From an uncultured virus (IMG/VR IMGVR_UViG_3300021963_006795) (Duplodnaviria > Heunggongvirae > Uroviricota > Caudoviricetes), in the IMG/VR virus record IMGVR_UViG_3300021963_006795: DNA of 64,000 bases; one strand, given 5' to 3'. The notes under the pieces were generated by a model, which saw only the letters and a program-made list of their open reading frames with translations, searched no databases and was not told the DNA's origin. Shown piece by piece: positions 19,219 to 30,007 of the stretch (positions within the stretch are counted from its first letter, which is position 1; every line of letters begins with the position of its first letter). The position numbers and the translations under genes were made by a program.

Positions 19219-21600
19219 TTATTGTGGTATTCTATACTTTCCTACACAATCAATAACAGTTATTATAGATTGACCTTCGTTTAATAATTCTTCTACATTC
19301 TCTACAGTTTCAAATCTAAAGACAGGCCAAATATCAGCATTGAAACCAGTTTGAGAATTAATATCTATCAAAGGCATTGTATTGAATGATTTTCCTTTAG
19401 AAATTATTTCAAGTTTCTTTAATTGACCATCAGAATTAAATGTTGGTTTTATTTCTACACCATTATTTGGAGTGTCAAATGGTTCTCCTTCACCATCAGT
19501 TAAGAATATTGTATCTCCATCAGTATAACCTTGTCCAGGATCATTAATAATAACATCATCTAAAATTGCAATTACAGTGTAAGATGGTTGTTGAACTTGT
19601 GGTGTTTCTGATGCTGGTGCGGTAAATGTACCCCCCACTTTAACTATAACTGAAGTGTCTAATCCAAATCCATCAATTACTTCTACGACTTCTCCAGCGT
19701 CATTATATATTTCTACTGTAGTTCCTATTGGAAGATAAAGTATATCATCTGGATCTACACTAGCAACATCTCCAGGTTTTAAAACTTCCCATGATGGATC
19801 GGTATTGGATAAAACATCTTCTAAAGGTTTATCTGGAAGTTCTGGATTTTTGATCAAAATAGTTTCATCTGGTCTTGCAATTGGATATCCATCACCACCA
19901 GCAGACCCATTTGGTGCAGGTAAATATCCAACTCCAGCATTATTTGGATCTACAACTGCACCAACAACATTTATGTCTGGATCTTCGGGAACAGTTCCAC
20001 TTTGTTGATAACTGGTTGTATTTCCTCCTCCATTATTTGTAACTAGTGATATTTGTGCTCCACCACCACTATTACAATTATCATCAATTTCAATAGCAGG
20101 GGTTGATCTATAACCAGATCCGAAAGAAGAGAAATCTAATCCCATAATTTCTCCAGCAACCCCAATTACTGCATTTGCTGCTGCTCCAGAACCACCATTA
20201 CCTCCAGTAATTCTAATTGATGGTGGTCCACATAATGCTGGTCCATTACCACAACCACTACCTCCACCACCACCAGCAGAAGAACCAGAATTGATACCAA
20301 GTGCTTTATCAATACCTGAGTCAATCTCTTGCATCTTTTTATCTAAAGCACCTTGAACTGACTGAGCAGTTTTAGATCCGTTCCAAATACTCCACTTATC
20401 TTTATATTCACATGATGGAGTGTCCTCACAAAGTAGAAACTTTAAAAATCCTGTAACAAAATCTAAAATTTGAAATGCCTTTCCTGCTATTCCCTCTATT
20501 GCACTTAAAACTCCATTGATTGTATTTAAAACACTTTGAACACCATTTGTTATTGGACCCATTACATTACTGATAAGTCCACCAATAAAGTTTTCAGCAG
20601 CACAAGCAGCACCACCAATTACTTTATCTACAATTTTGGATATTAATCCCTGTACAAGTTTTAAAAGACCTTCTATAATTTTTTTAAATACACACTCTAA
20701 AGTATCAGTTGCTTTATCAAATACTTTACTTAATGACCATCTTTCATTTGGAAAAACTAAGGTAGCAATGTCTTTTAATCCTGCATTTAATTTATTAGTT
20801 GCATACCCTCTCATTTTATCAATGAGTTTTTTAACTAATCCAGTAACGAAAGATATTGTAGAATTTACAATTGAATTTATACTAGATACTGCTTCCTGAG
20901 CAGCACCCATTGCTGCTCCATAAGCAAGTTTAATTCTAGCAATAGTTGCAAGTAATTTTTGAATTGCACCTTGAATGCCCTTCATTTCCCCACCAGGACC
21001 ATCACAATCAATTGTTTTTAATACAACATCTACAATTAATCCATCTGCTACTTGAATATGTAGATCTTTGTTATTTAAATTTTGTTCTTGTTTTGAATTA
21101 TTGTTTGGTAACTTTCCTCCAGATTGATATAAATCTTTTTTCGCTACCTTTTTTTTCTCGCTTTTGCCCACCCAACCATCTCTAGGAATAAATCCAACTG
21201 GAGGATCACCAAGAAAAAGATCTGTCTGAGATGCATTTCCCAGACATCCTATAATACAAGGTTCTGTTCCATTCTTTCCATCCTTATAAAATCCAACAAC
21301 ATAAGAACCTTGTCTGATATTTGGACTTTGATAAGATCCTCCATGTCCAGAACCTGCAGTGACTGGATACATGACTTCTGCCATTTCCAATCTATCATCA
21401 TCGACAACTTTTACTTGTTCTTCTCTTCCAAATATTCTAATTTTATATCTTTTTCCCCAACCAGGAACATCTTTCCTGTCGTGTATTTTTTTATTTGAAT
21501 TATCTTGCCAATTTTTTTCATCAACAACCTGTCCCATCCACCAGTACATGGTTTGTTGATGTGCTGACTCTGAAGAAAATAAAGAGGAATCTTCAAACAT
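19219..21600 (-). CDS. Baseplate hub/central spike gp5-like protein
   Basis: N-terminal WWMGQV...RYKIRIFG...VVGFYKDG..PCIIG resembles the gp5/VgrG OB-fold. Confidence 0.7.
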   Translation of the reverse strand: MFEDSSLFSSESAHQQTMYWWMGQVVDEKNWQDNSNKKIHDRKDVPGWGKRYKIRIFGREEQVKVVDDDRLEMAEVMYPVTAGSGHGGSYQSPNIRQGSYVVGFYKDGKNGTEPCIIGCLGNASQTDLFLGDPPVGFIPRDGWVGKSEKKKVAKKDLYQSGGKLPNNNSKQEQNLNNKDLHIQVADGLIVDVVLKTIDCDGPGGEMKGIQGAIQKLLATIARIKLAYGAAMGAAQEAVSSINSIVNSTISFVTGLVKKLIDKMRGYATNKLNAGLKDIATLVFPNERWSLSKVFDKATDTLECVFKKIIEGLLKLVQGLISKIVDKVIGGAACAAENFIGGLISNVMGPITNGVQSVLNTINGVLSAIEGIAGKAFQILDFVTGFLKFLLCEDTPSCEYKDKWSIWNGSKTAQSVQGALDKKMQEIDSGIDKALGINSGSSAGGGGGSGCGNGPALCGPPSIRITGGNGGSGAAANAVIGVAGEIMGLDFSSFGSGYRSTPAIEIDDNCNSGGGAQISLVTNNGGGNTTSYQQSGTVPEDPDINVVGAVVDPNNAGVGYLPAPNGSAGGDGYPIARPDETILIKNPELPDKPLEDVLSNTDPSWEVLKPGDVASVDPDDILYLPIGTTVEIYNDAGEVVEVIDGFGLDTSVIVKVGGTFTAPASETPQVQQPSYTVIAILDDVIINDPGQGYTDGDTIFLTDGEGEPFDTPNNGVEIKPTFNSDGQLKKLEIISKGKSFNTMPLIDINSQTGFNADIWPVFRFETVENVEELLNEGQSIITVIDCVGKYRIPQ

Positions 21601-21609
21601 AGTTATCTA

Positions 21610-21828
21610 TTAATCTTCGTAAACTCTACATTCTAATGCACTTGGATTTTCATCACAGTACATTTCAAATCCAGTAGGATCATGATCTGTATCTGGATGA
21701 TTTGCCTGGTATTTTTCAAGATGTTCTAACTCATCTTCTAAATGGCGGCGTCTTTGTCCACTAGTATTTGGATCATCTATTTGATCCTTATCATCATTAA
21801 TATGTTGTTGAAGTGATTTTTTGTTCAT
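21610..21828 (-). CDS. cp12: CP12 Calvin-cycle inhibitor
   Basis: C-terminal YCDENPSALECRVYED motif. Confidence 0.9.
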   Translation of the reverse strand: MNKKSLQQHINDDKDQIDDPNTSGQRRRHLEDELEHLEKYQANHPDTDHDPTGFEMYCDENPSALECRVYED

Positions 21829-23168
21829 AATCCCTCCGCGTCTGTTGAGTTTTTAAATAGTGGTGTTTTTGGTAAGGGTGGTCTTAGAATTGACTCTCTT
21901 GCCAAGTTAATACCAGTCCAAGTTCCTCTAGGAGTAACATAATGTGAAATGTCTATTACCATATATATACCACTTTTCTTCTCACTGATAATTTGTTGCA
22001 CTTTATCTGATACTTCTGGAAAATCGCACCATATTAAATCTCCAGCATGAATACCAAAATCTCCAGGAATTTTAATAGATAATTTATGAGAAAACAAATT
22101 ATTATACCTAACAAAAGACTGTCTTACTATTTCATTAGTATTGAAATTAATTTCTTTTGAAAAAGGTAACTGTGCTCCTAGTGTAGATCCTGGTGGAAGT
22201 ACACCAGTATCATAAAAATTACTATTAACTCTACTAGACTTTGACTCTAGATTTATATCTGAAGCAATTTTTGGTTTTTCTAATCCTCCAATATTATCGT
22301 ATTGAAATTGTTTTGTCGAATCAAATTCATCTTCTCCATACCCATGAGAGTAAATGTCAAATCCTCTCATTTCAGATTTATTATATGCTGAGGTGAGAAG
22401 TTTTTTATCTAAAGAAACTTTATCTGACCAAGAATAATCTAATATTTTTCCATCATATCCACCAGGAAGCTGTTCCGTATTAGTAAATATTAACTTTCTT
22501 ACAATTGTTTTCTCTAAAAATATTTTATCTATAGATCTATAATTATAACCTTTATATGTTTCCCAAAAAAGATATCCAGCAAGATCTCCCAATGGACCCA
22601 CATCTGGAGCAGTTCTTTTTGCTAACCAACTTAAAATATAAAATGGTTTTTGGACATGTCCAAGAAAATTAAATTTGTTAATACAAGGATCTACTTTTAT
22701 TTTCTTACTAGTCTTTAGATTTTGTTTTATTATTTCTGGAACATAATCTGTAATTTTTCCATCATATCTTTTTACAACTCTATTTTCTCTCAATTCATTA
22801 TTAATTGCTTCTATGGAATACCAATCCATCGTGTATCCAATAGATTGAGTTCTTTCGACGATATTACCAACTTCACGAACTCTCATTTCTAAATCTAATG
22901 AAATACCTTTATTATCAGTAACTGATATTATAGATTTTTCTCCAACAGTTAAGTGCAAATCCTCCTTTTCTATAGCAGATACTTTATCTATACCATTTCT
23001 AAATCCAGTATCAGTAATTTGTGCAGATGCTCTTATGGTTGGATCAAAAATACTTTCAAAATATTGAAATGTAGTTACTCCACCAACTAATTCCAATTCT
23101 TTTCCATAGTTGGAAAAGACCTTCATTTTTGTTATATTTGATGATTCTGCAGATTTATTGGCACCCAT
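21825..23168 (-). CDS. Baseplate hub (gp27-like) tail protein
   Basis: YFESIFDP, YLFWET..GYNYRSID, IPGDF.IHAGD, SGIYMV motifs; position between tape-measure-like genes and gp5. Confidence 0.55.
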   Translation of the reverse strand: MGANKSAESSNITKMKVFSNYGKELELVGGVTTFQYFESIFDPTIRASAQITDTGFRNGIDKVSAIEKEDLHLTVGEKSIISVTDNKGISLDLEMRVREVGNIVERTQSIGYTMDWYSIEAINNELRENRVVKRYDGKITDYVPEIIKQNLKTSKKIKVDPCINKFNFLGHVQKPFYILSWLAKRTAPDVGPLGDLAGYLFWETYKGYNYRSIDKIFLEKTIVRKLIFTNTEQLPGGYDGKILDYSWSDKVSLDKKLLTSAYNKSEMRGFDIYSHGYGEDEFDSTKQFQYDNIGGLEKPKIASDINLESKSSRVNSNFYDTGVLPPGSTLGAQLPFSKEINFNTNEIVRQSFVRYNNLFSHKLSIKIPGDFGIHAGDLIWCDFPEVSDKVQQIISEKKSGIYMVIDISHYVTPRGTWTGINLARESILRPPLPKTPLFKNSTDAEGL

Positions 23169-23172
23169 TATT

Positions 23173-26151
23173 TTATCTCGCTAATGATTGGAATTTTGGA
23201 CCTACGGATTTAGTTAATGAAGAACCAGAAGAACCAAAGGATAATCCACCTCCAGAGTTTGATATAACTTTTTCAATATAGACTGGTTGTATAAGAACTG
23301 TTGATGATGAATCATCATAAGATGCATAATTATTTAATCCTGAAGTATTATTTATTTTTTTATAAGTAGAATTTATATAACCTCCTCCCTGAGCAGCGCC
23401 AACAATTTGTGCTGCTTTAAGAGATTTATCAAAATCTTTTTGACTTATAGGACCAGAACCATAAGTTGCCCAAGGAATATCAAAAGCAGTTCCATCTGTT
23501 TTATCGCTATAAGTTGGTTTTCCTCCTACTGGACCGTAATGACCACCAGTAGCACTATGTTTTCCTACACTAGTATATCCTTCAAACTCATATGGTTTGT
23601 AACCTGCTTGTCGTAATTTTAAAAATGCAGAGACTGCTGCTTGACGATTTTTAAAACTAAAGTGATCGTGAGCATTTGCCTGTCCACCATGGTCTGGTCT
23701 GTATCCAGCACGACTTGGATTGCCATGCAACCATTGGACTACAGATCCTTTTGGCACACTGCTTGGTATATTTTGCTGTCCTGGTTGACCTGAAGGTGCA
23801 GAAAAACTACCACCCGTAGATGGTCCTAATAATTTTTTCCAACTTTGATCTGGACTTTGGGGTGCTGGATCAGTTTTTCTTTGTTGTTGTCTATAATGAT
23901 AAAAGTTCCCTCTTGGGTGGAACATAATATCGCCAGAACCTTTATTGCTAAGTTGAGATTGTCCTTTAAAACTATCTCTTCCATTTAATTTATTTAATGC
24001 ATCTACAATTTTTGCCTGATTTTCTTTTAATTTTTTAGCAAGAGCAGGATCTCTTCTGGCAGTTCCTTTTTCTACTGCTTCAAATTGACCAGGTTGAGTT
24101 CCAACACCCATGATAGTGTTAGGCCAAACAGGACTTGCAACTCTGTTCAAAACTGCTGCTGCAACTCCATATTCATCATCAGTTCCTCTTGCTGCTTCTC
24201 CACTAACAATATAAGCAAGATCATCATAATCTTTATCTGTAAGATCTTTTAAAGATCCACCACCAGATCCTAAAGTTGATATTTCATCTGTTGTTGGTGT
24301 TAGGTATTCTTCAGGTTTTGTTCCCTTTTTAGTTTGAGTAGAATCAATTTTATTAACTTCTTTTTTTACTCTACCAAATGCCTCAGCAAATCTATATTCT
24401 AGAGGATCTCCTAAGGTCTTTTTAAATAATTTTGTATAATTTTCTTCATCTATATTTTGATCGTTAGATGTTGTAATTAATCCACCCTCTTCAAATCCTA
24501 AAAGACTCTTTAATATATCTCCAGCATACCCTTCAGTTCCAGTTACAACAGTCATCAAATGTCCAAGTGCAGAATAAAAGTTTGCAAAAGTACTTTTATT
24601 TGGTTTTTGTCCCAGTAATAAGTCTAGTGCTGCTCCAAGCACTCCGCCAAGCAAAGGTATTCTTTTCATTGAAGCGGATAAACTTTTAATAGTTCCAACA
24701 GGATCTTTTTCTAAATTAAAAATTTCCTCTATTTCATCAGTTGCTTTATCTTCTTCCTTTTTATCTCCTCCACCAAATAGTCCTCCCCAAAAAGAAAAGA
24801 ATCCTTGTGGTTTTTTATCGCTATAAAGCATTTCTGCTTTTTCTTTTCCACCAATATCTTTTCCTGGTTGAGTTTTTTCTGGAGGTATATTGAAAAGATT
24901 TTTATTTAATTTTACTCTTTTAATATTTCTTTGTGGTTTAATATTTTGCGGTTGAAGATTTACAAGTCCTCCAGATTCCTTTTTCTGTACATATTCTAGA
25001 TCTTTTGTAAGAATTTCTATTTTTTTATTATCAGTAAATAGACCTCTAGATTGCTCTTCTTTTAATCTAGACTGTATTTTATTGATTAATTCCTGTTTAG
25101 AATATTTTCCACTAGATAATGCTTCATCTATTTTACTTTGTCTATAATTGTCGGAAGCATTTGATAACGGGTCAGCAATAAATTTATCTATTAATGCTCC
25201 CAAAGTCATGTCTATGAGAAATCCAAGTCCAAAAGTTCCTGCACCTTTTGCCAGACCACTTCCAGAAACTTTTGGCATTTTAAAATTACTAAAAAATCCA
25301 CCACTTCCTCCAGATCCAGTTACCTTAGGACCACTTCCAGGTAATCTAAATTTTGGAGTAGCACCTCCTTGTGTTACTTTAGGTGCCTCTCTAAATGGAT
25401 TTCTTATATCAGGTCTACCTAATCCCCCTCCTCCAGATGTAGTTACCTTTGGTCTTCCACCTTGCCCTGGTCTTGCTCTTTGTCCTGCACCTGGTTTTTG
25501 TTTAGGTCCAAGATCAGGAGAAAATGCATAAGCCATGGCAAGCACTATGCCAAGGTTTAATAATTTGTTTAAAGCACCGGAAAAATCATCAAATGCTTTA
25601 GCAAAAGGTTCTCCACCAAGAGTTTTTAATACTCCTCTAAAAGTATCATATGCTTTATATCCAAGATCAATAAAAGTTACAAGTCCCTCAAATAATACTC
25701 CAGCAAAAATTTCAAAAAATTTATATAATGGTTCTAAAAATTTTACAACATTAAGTATAGTTGGAATCATATTGTAGAAAGTTTCAAATAATGATCCAAT
25801 CAATAACCAACTAACGAAATTTTTTATCCAATCAAGAATACCAGTTCTTGGTGTTATCCTTTTTGCTAATTTACTAAAAAACTTTGCCCTATTTTTGCCT
25901 TCCTTTTCTTCTTCTTTTTTTAATCTGTTATCTTTTTCTTCTTCTCTTTTTTTATTACTATTTTGAGTATTTAATATTTTTTTATCTTTCTTCAGTAAAG
26001 ATTCTATCTTGATGACTTTCTTTTTTATTGAAATTACATTTCCAAGAGCATCATTATTTTTATTTGACAAAAAAGATTTTGCTCCATTAGAATCTGGAGA
26101 TTGTAATCTTACAAAACTTCTTCTTGGTACTAGTAGTTGATTAGAATACAT
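23173..26151 (-). CDS. Tape-measure/baseplate-hub-like protein carrying a SleB-type (Hydrolase_2) domain
   Basis: Charged coiled N-terminus then hydrophobic stretch; LAYIVSGEA...VAAAVLNRV...PNTI....QPGQFE. Confidence 0.65.
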   Translation of the reverse strand: MYSNQLLVPRRSFVRLQSPDSNGAKSFLSNKNNDALGNVISIKKKVIKIESLLKKDKKILNTQNSNKKREEEKDNRLKKEEEKEGKNRAKFFSKLAKRITPRTGILDWIKNFVSWLLIGSLFETFYNMIPTILNVVKFLEPLYKFFEIFAGVLFEGLVTFIDLGYKAYDTFRGVLKTLGGEPFAKAFDDFSGALNKLLNLGIVLAMAYAFSPDLGPKQKPGAGQRARPGQGGRPKVTTSGGGGLGRPDIRNPFREAPKVTQGGATPKFRLPGSGPKVTGSGGSGGFFSNFKMPKVSGSGLAKGAGTFGLGFLIDMTLGALIDKFIADPLSNASDNYRQSKIDEALSSGKYSKQELINKIQSRLKEEQSRGLFTDNKKIEILTKDLEYVQKKESGGLVNLQPQNIKPQRNIKRVKLNKNLFNIPPEKTQPGKDIGGKEKAEMLYSDKKPQGFFSFWGGLFGGGDKKEEDKATDEIEEIFNLEKDPVGTIKSLSASMKRIPLLGGVLGAALDLLLGQKPNKSTFANFYSALGHLMTVVTGTEGYAGDILKSLLGFEEGGLITTSNDQNIDEENYTKLFKKTLGDPLEYRFAEAFGRVKKEVNKIDSTQTKKGTKPEEYLTPTTDEISTLGSGGGSLKDLTDKDYDDLAYIVSGEAARGTDDEYGVAAAVLNRVASPVWPNTIMGVGTQPGQFEAVEKGTARRDPALAKKLKENQAKIVDALNKLNGRDSFKGQSQLSNKGSGDIMFHPRGNFYHYRQQQRKTDPAPQSPDQSWKKLLGPSTGGSFSAPSGQPGQQNIPSSVPKGSVVQWLHGNPSRAGYRPDHGGQANAHDHFSFKNRQAAVSAFLKLRQAGYKPYEFEGYTSVGKHSATGGHYGPVGGKPTYSDKTDGTAFDIPWATYGSGPISQKDFDKSLKAAQIVGAAQGGGYINSTYKKINNTSGLNNYASYDDSSSTVLIQPVYIEKVISNSGGGLSFGSSGSSLTKSVGPKFQSLAR

Positions 26152-26155
26152 TTAC

Positions 26156-29100
26156 TTAATCCAGTATACCGTATAAGGACATTCTTTCTTGTCTAGATCC
26201 TAAAGAAGATGGAGAAATAATATTAAAATTAGGAACATTAGTTCCTTGATCGCTTCCTCTTCCCATTGGCCCACCGCCTGATGATTGCATTATTGGCGGT
26301 AATGTTTTTACTCTTGATGATGAAGAGGATCTTGGTCCAGGAATGTTAACATTAACATTTTTAGATCCCATTTTAGCAGCACTTGAGTTACTGTCAAAAT
26401 ATGCAACTAATTTATCTATGGCAGAAACACCAACAGAATTTACAAAGTCAACTGGTAGTATATATTCTCCTGGTTGAGCAGCAATTAACTGTCTATCAGC
26501 AGTTGCTCCCATAATATTCATACCAGTATTTTCTTTAATCATTCCTCCACCCTGTTTTCCAAACCATCCACGAGGATCATACCATGCTCTCTGTGGTTTT
26601 CTTAAATCTTTTGGTATGTATTTTCTTCTAGGATCATTTGCACCGTACATAGTAACTGCAGTTTGTCCCTGCATTTTTGTTCTAGAAGTATCTTTTCTTC
26701 TAGGATCATTTGCACCGTACATAGTAACTGCAGTTTGTCCCTGCATTATTTTTTGTTCATTCTTCGACTGTTGCATTGGTAAAGATTCTGAAAATGAACT
26801 CTTAGATTTTATGTCAATACCAGCAGGAGTAGTATTCATTAAACTATTTTTTCCCATACCAAAAGCACTATTTTGATTTATTCTTAATATACCAGAGAAT
26901 CCTTTAAATAATGCGTTGTATATATCTCCTTCCTTCAAAGCTTTTTTACTTTCATCAAAGTAGTATCCGGCAGTCTGATTAGAGTCCCAAGAATCAGTTA
27001 CCATTGCCTTACCATCTTTACCAACCTTAAAATTAAACTGACCTAAACCAAAATTGGCAATTTTTGCAGCAGCACTGCTACCAGCAGACTCTCTTTGCAT
27101 CTTATCATATAAGTGTTCACCCCTAACCATTTTTCCAGTTTTAGGATCTTTAACCATTTCATATGCTCTATCACCAAGGGATTTAGACCATGATTCTTTT
27201 CCAACTAAGTATTCACCCTTTGAGTTAACTAATTTATTCTTTATTGCAAATTCCATCAGAGGTTTATTATATTCAAGTATTGGTGATGCATCAACTCTAA
27301 AAGGTTTCCCAAGAGGTCCAAGAAGACCTTTTATAGTCATCTGAACTGCTGCGTTCATAGCACTAGCGTTCTTTACTTTACCTCCAGTAATGTTACCAAT
27401 AGTTTTATCTAATGATGATGGTATACCCATTGTTGGTATTAAACCACGATTCATTACATCTTGATATCCTTTCTTAAAAAATCCACCAATTCCAGTATCT
27501 CTTTTTGAATCGTATATTCCTCTAATAAATTCTGCTTGTTGATCTTGAGTGATTTGATTTCTAAGTGTTAATGCAGTTCTTGTTGAAGTGCTACCAGGAT
27601 CTCTTATTAATGCATCTAATTTTTGTTCGTCTGATAGTTTAGCAAATTGTTCTGGAGTTACATAAGTAGATTCCTCTGCTTTTCGCATTCTACTAAACAA
27701 ACTTGAATATAAATTATCAATTGATTTATTTTTTTTCTTATCAAGATTTGGTAAAAGTTTATTTGAACCATATTGATACCCTTGATTTAGTAAATCCATT
27801 CCTTGATCTACTAAATTTTGGCCAGTCTTTAATAAAGATCCACCAACTCCAGACGCTTGATCTCTTAATGATACTCCAGTATTAATTAAAGGTCCAACAA
27901 CACTTCCAGAAGGTTTTTTATCTAAAGATTCTCCAAAGATAGAATCTATTCCAGAGCGAAGTGATCTTCCCCAAGTTTCAGGTCTATCTACATCATAACC
28001 AAGTTTATACTTAATAAAATTTTTAATGTCATTTGTTGGATCACTTTTATTTGCAGTAGATCCTTTACTACCATATCCACTATAATATCTGTCTATTTGA
28101 GACTCTCTTCGTCCCATATATGTTCCACCAACAGGCCTTTCATTATGTTCTCCAACTCTTCCACCATTTTGGAAAGCCTGTAGAACTAATCCACCGCCAG
28201 CAGCAGTCTGTACATTTCTTGCTATCTTTGGTTTGTTAGCATTAGAACCTCCATACTTTTTATTGAGTCCTAAAAAATAATTTGCACCAAGTGCATCTAC
28301 AGTTTCTTTATTAATTACAACTTCGCCAGGTCTTGCTGCAATTAACTGAGTATCAACTCCTGCTCCTCTTATATCACTACCACTTTGACCTGTAACTTTA
28401 CCACCAGTTTTATAACTTTTTGTTTTTCCAGTTTCTAGTTTATAAATTTGCTCATCAATTTCAGCGCCGCCACCCATTATATTTTTTTGGAACCAATTCA
28501 TTGATTCCTTTTGTTCTTTTAATTGCCTTATTTTATCTTGATTGGAACCTGGAGCAGATTCAACAGCAGATTCTTGAGCACCAGTTGCTCCTGGTATAAG
28601 TTCTGCTGCTGCTCCAGCACCAAATAAAACCATTGCAGCAGCAAGTTTAGGATTCTTTCTTGCTAAAGAAATTATTTTTGGTATTGCAACGCGAAGTATC
28701 TGAATGGTAAATTTAGTTACCATCCCAACAACATTTTTTATAAATCCTCCAAGAGGATTTGTAAACATAACAAATGCACCAAGTATAGCAGGCCACCAAT
28801 CAGATAAAAATCTTGCCAAACTTGCAATCTTCTGATTATTTTTTGGATCCATAAACCAATCCAAAACTTTTCCGCCAAGTTTACCAATAACCACCCATTG
28901 AAGAAAATTAATTATTGCTTTAAAGGCACTTTTTACTGGTGTTAAAACTTTGCTGACAAGATTAGTAGTTACTTTTTTAAGTGTTTCAAATCTATCTTCT
29001 TTTTTCTTTCTTTTTTCAGATTCTGATTTTTTTCTTTCAGATTCTTTAGTTTTACTTTCAGATTTTGTTCTTTCCTCTAGTATTGTTAGTATACCAGATA

Positions 29101-29836
29101 CACTTTCATTTATTGATGTTAAATTATTTAAAAACTTATCTCCATTTAATCCAGAATCTTTAGCTGGAGAAGGTTCTGTTTTTTTATCTAAAGATCTAGT
29201 AGAAAGAACATACTTATTTTTTTCTCTATATTTTTGAGAGGGTTCTGCAAATCTCGTAACTAATTTTTTTGGAGATATTTTTCTGGATTTAACTCTGAAA
29301 ATTATATTACTAGTTTTTGCCTTTATTCTTTTATACTCATTTATAAGTAATTCTACATCTTCAGTTTTAGGTTGAACTTTTAAAAATTGATATGATTTTA
29401 ATTTTTCAACCAATAAAGATTTATACATCCCATAGTCTATGGGTATAGAAGAATCTAAACCTAATATTTCTACGATTCTGCTATCAATTTTTTCTTCAAT
29501 TATATCATCTTCAACCTTGTTTTCTTTAGTCTTCCCTTGTATTTCATCTACAAGTTCATCAAATCCTTTTGGAATAACAGGTTTTTTTGGTTTTGGTTTT
29601 GTAGTAGTCTTTGTCTTTTTTTGCTCTTTCTCTTGTATAAATGCATCTGCCATATCAAAGAGGTCATTTGCCACCCCTTTGAATATTTTTACATCTATAT
29701 CATTTTGTTCTGACTTACTTAATCCATTATAATATTTTGACAACAAACTTATTTGTTGATCGGAAAGTTTATCAGTAAGATCCTTTCCGATTTTAAACTC
29801 ATACGCTTTCCTTAATTTTTTGGGATCGTTAGCCAT
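26156..29836 (-). CDS. Tape-measure/baseplate-hub-like protein
   Basis: 1226 aa, helical plus hydrophobic region; duplicated D(T/R)QLIAAxPGE domain; follows gp26/gp51. Confidence 0.55.
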   Translation of the reverse strand: MANDPKKLRKAYEFKIGKDLTDKLSDQQISLLSKYYNGLSKSEQNDIDVKIFKGVANDLFDMADAFIQEKEQKKTKTTTKPKPKKPVIPKGFDELVDEIQGKTKENKVEDDIIEEKIDSRIVEILGLDSSIPIDYGMYKSLLVEKLKSYQFLKVQPKTEDVELLINEYKRIKAKTSNIIFRVKSRKISPKKLVTRFAEPSQKYREKNKYVLSTRSLDKKTEPSPAKDSGLNGDKFLNNLTSINESVSGILTILEERTKSESKTKESERKKSESEKRKKKEDRFETLKKVTTNLVSKVLTPVKSAFKAIINFLQWVVIGKLGGKVLDWFMDPKNNQKIASLARFLSDWWPAILGAFVMFTNPLGGFIKNVVGMVTKFTIQILRVAIPKIISLARKNPKLAAAMVLFGAGAAAELIPGATGAQESAVESAPGSNQDKIRQLKEQKESMNWFQKNIMGGGAEIDEQIYKLETGKTKSYKTGGKVTGQSGSDIRGAGVDTQLIAARPGEVVINKETVDALGANYFLGLNKKYGGSNANKPKIARNVQTAAGGGLVLQAFQNGGRVGEHNERPVGGTYMGRRESQIDRYYSGYGSKGSTANKSDPTNDIKNFIKYKLGYDVDRPETWGRSLRSGIDSIFGESLDKKPSGSVVGPLINTGVSLRDQASGVGGSLLKTGQNLVDQGMDLLNQGYQYGSNKLLPNLDKKKNKSIDNLYSSLFSRMRKAEESTYVTPEQFAKLSDEQKLDALIRDPGSTSTRTALTLRNQITQDQQAEFIRGIYDSKRDTGIGGFFKKGYQDVMNRGLIPTMGIPSSLDKTIGNITGGKVKNASAMNAAVQMTIKGLLGPLGKPFRVDASPILEYNKPLMEFAIKNKLVNSKGEYLVGKESWSKSLGDRAYEMVKDPKTGKMVRGEHLYDKMQRESAGSSAAAKIANFGLGQFNFKVGKDGKAMVTDSWDSNQTAGYYFDESKKALKEGDIYNALFKGFSGILRINQNSAFGMGKNSLMNTTPAGIDIKSKSSFSESLPMQQSKNEQKIMQGQTAVTMYGANDPRRKDTSRTKMQGQTAVTMYGANDPRRKYIPKDLRKPQRAWYDPRGWFGKQGGGMIKENTGMNIMGATADRQLIAAQPGEYILPVDFVNSVGVSAIDKLVAYFDSNSSAAKMGSKNVNVNIPGPRSSSSSRVKTLPPIMQSSGGGPMGRGSDQGTNVPNFNIISPSSLGSRQERMSLYGILD
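26621..26747. repeat. Exact 55-bp direct repeat, 72-bp period
   Basis: 26621-26675 is identical to 26693-26747; encodes MQGQTAVTMYGANDPRRK twice. Confidence 0.95.
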
Positions 29837-29996
29837 TTGCAGTTTGCTGTCTTAATTTCTCTTCATCGAGATGTTGCTGTAAAAGAGTTACATAAATGTC
29901 TCTTTCCCAAGGAATCATATTTTCAATCTCTGTCAAAGAATATTTATGGTACTGCATCAAAGCAAAATTTAATCTGAAATAATTTTCAAGGTCCAT
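29829..29996 (-). CDS. gp51: gp51-like baseplate hub assembly catalyst (55 aa)
   Basis: Manual translation MDLENYFRLNFALMQYHKYSLTEIENMIPWERDIYVTLLQQHL... Confidence 0.8.
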   Translation of the reverse strand: MDLENYFRLNFALMQYHKYSLTEIENMIPWERDIYVTLLQQHLDEEKLRQQTANG

Positions 29997-30007
29997 ATGG
30001 ACCATGG

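Noticed and set aside
26621..26747. Repeat as CRISPR or DGR template/variable pair
   Set aside because: Only two identical in-frame copies, no A-specific mismatches, no reverse transcriptase in the window
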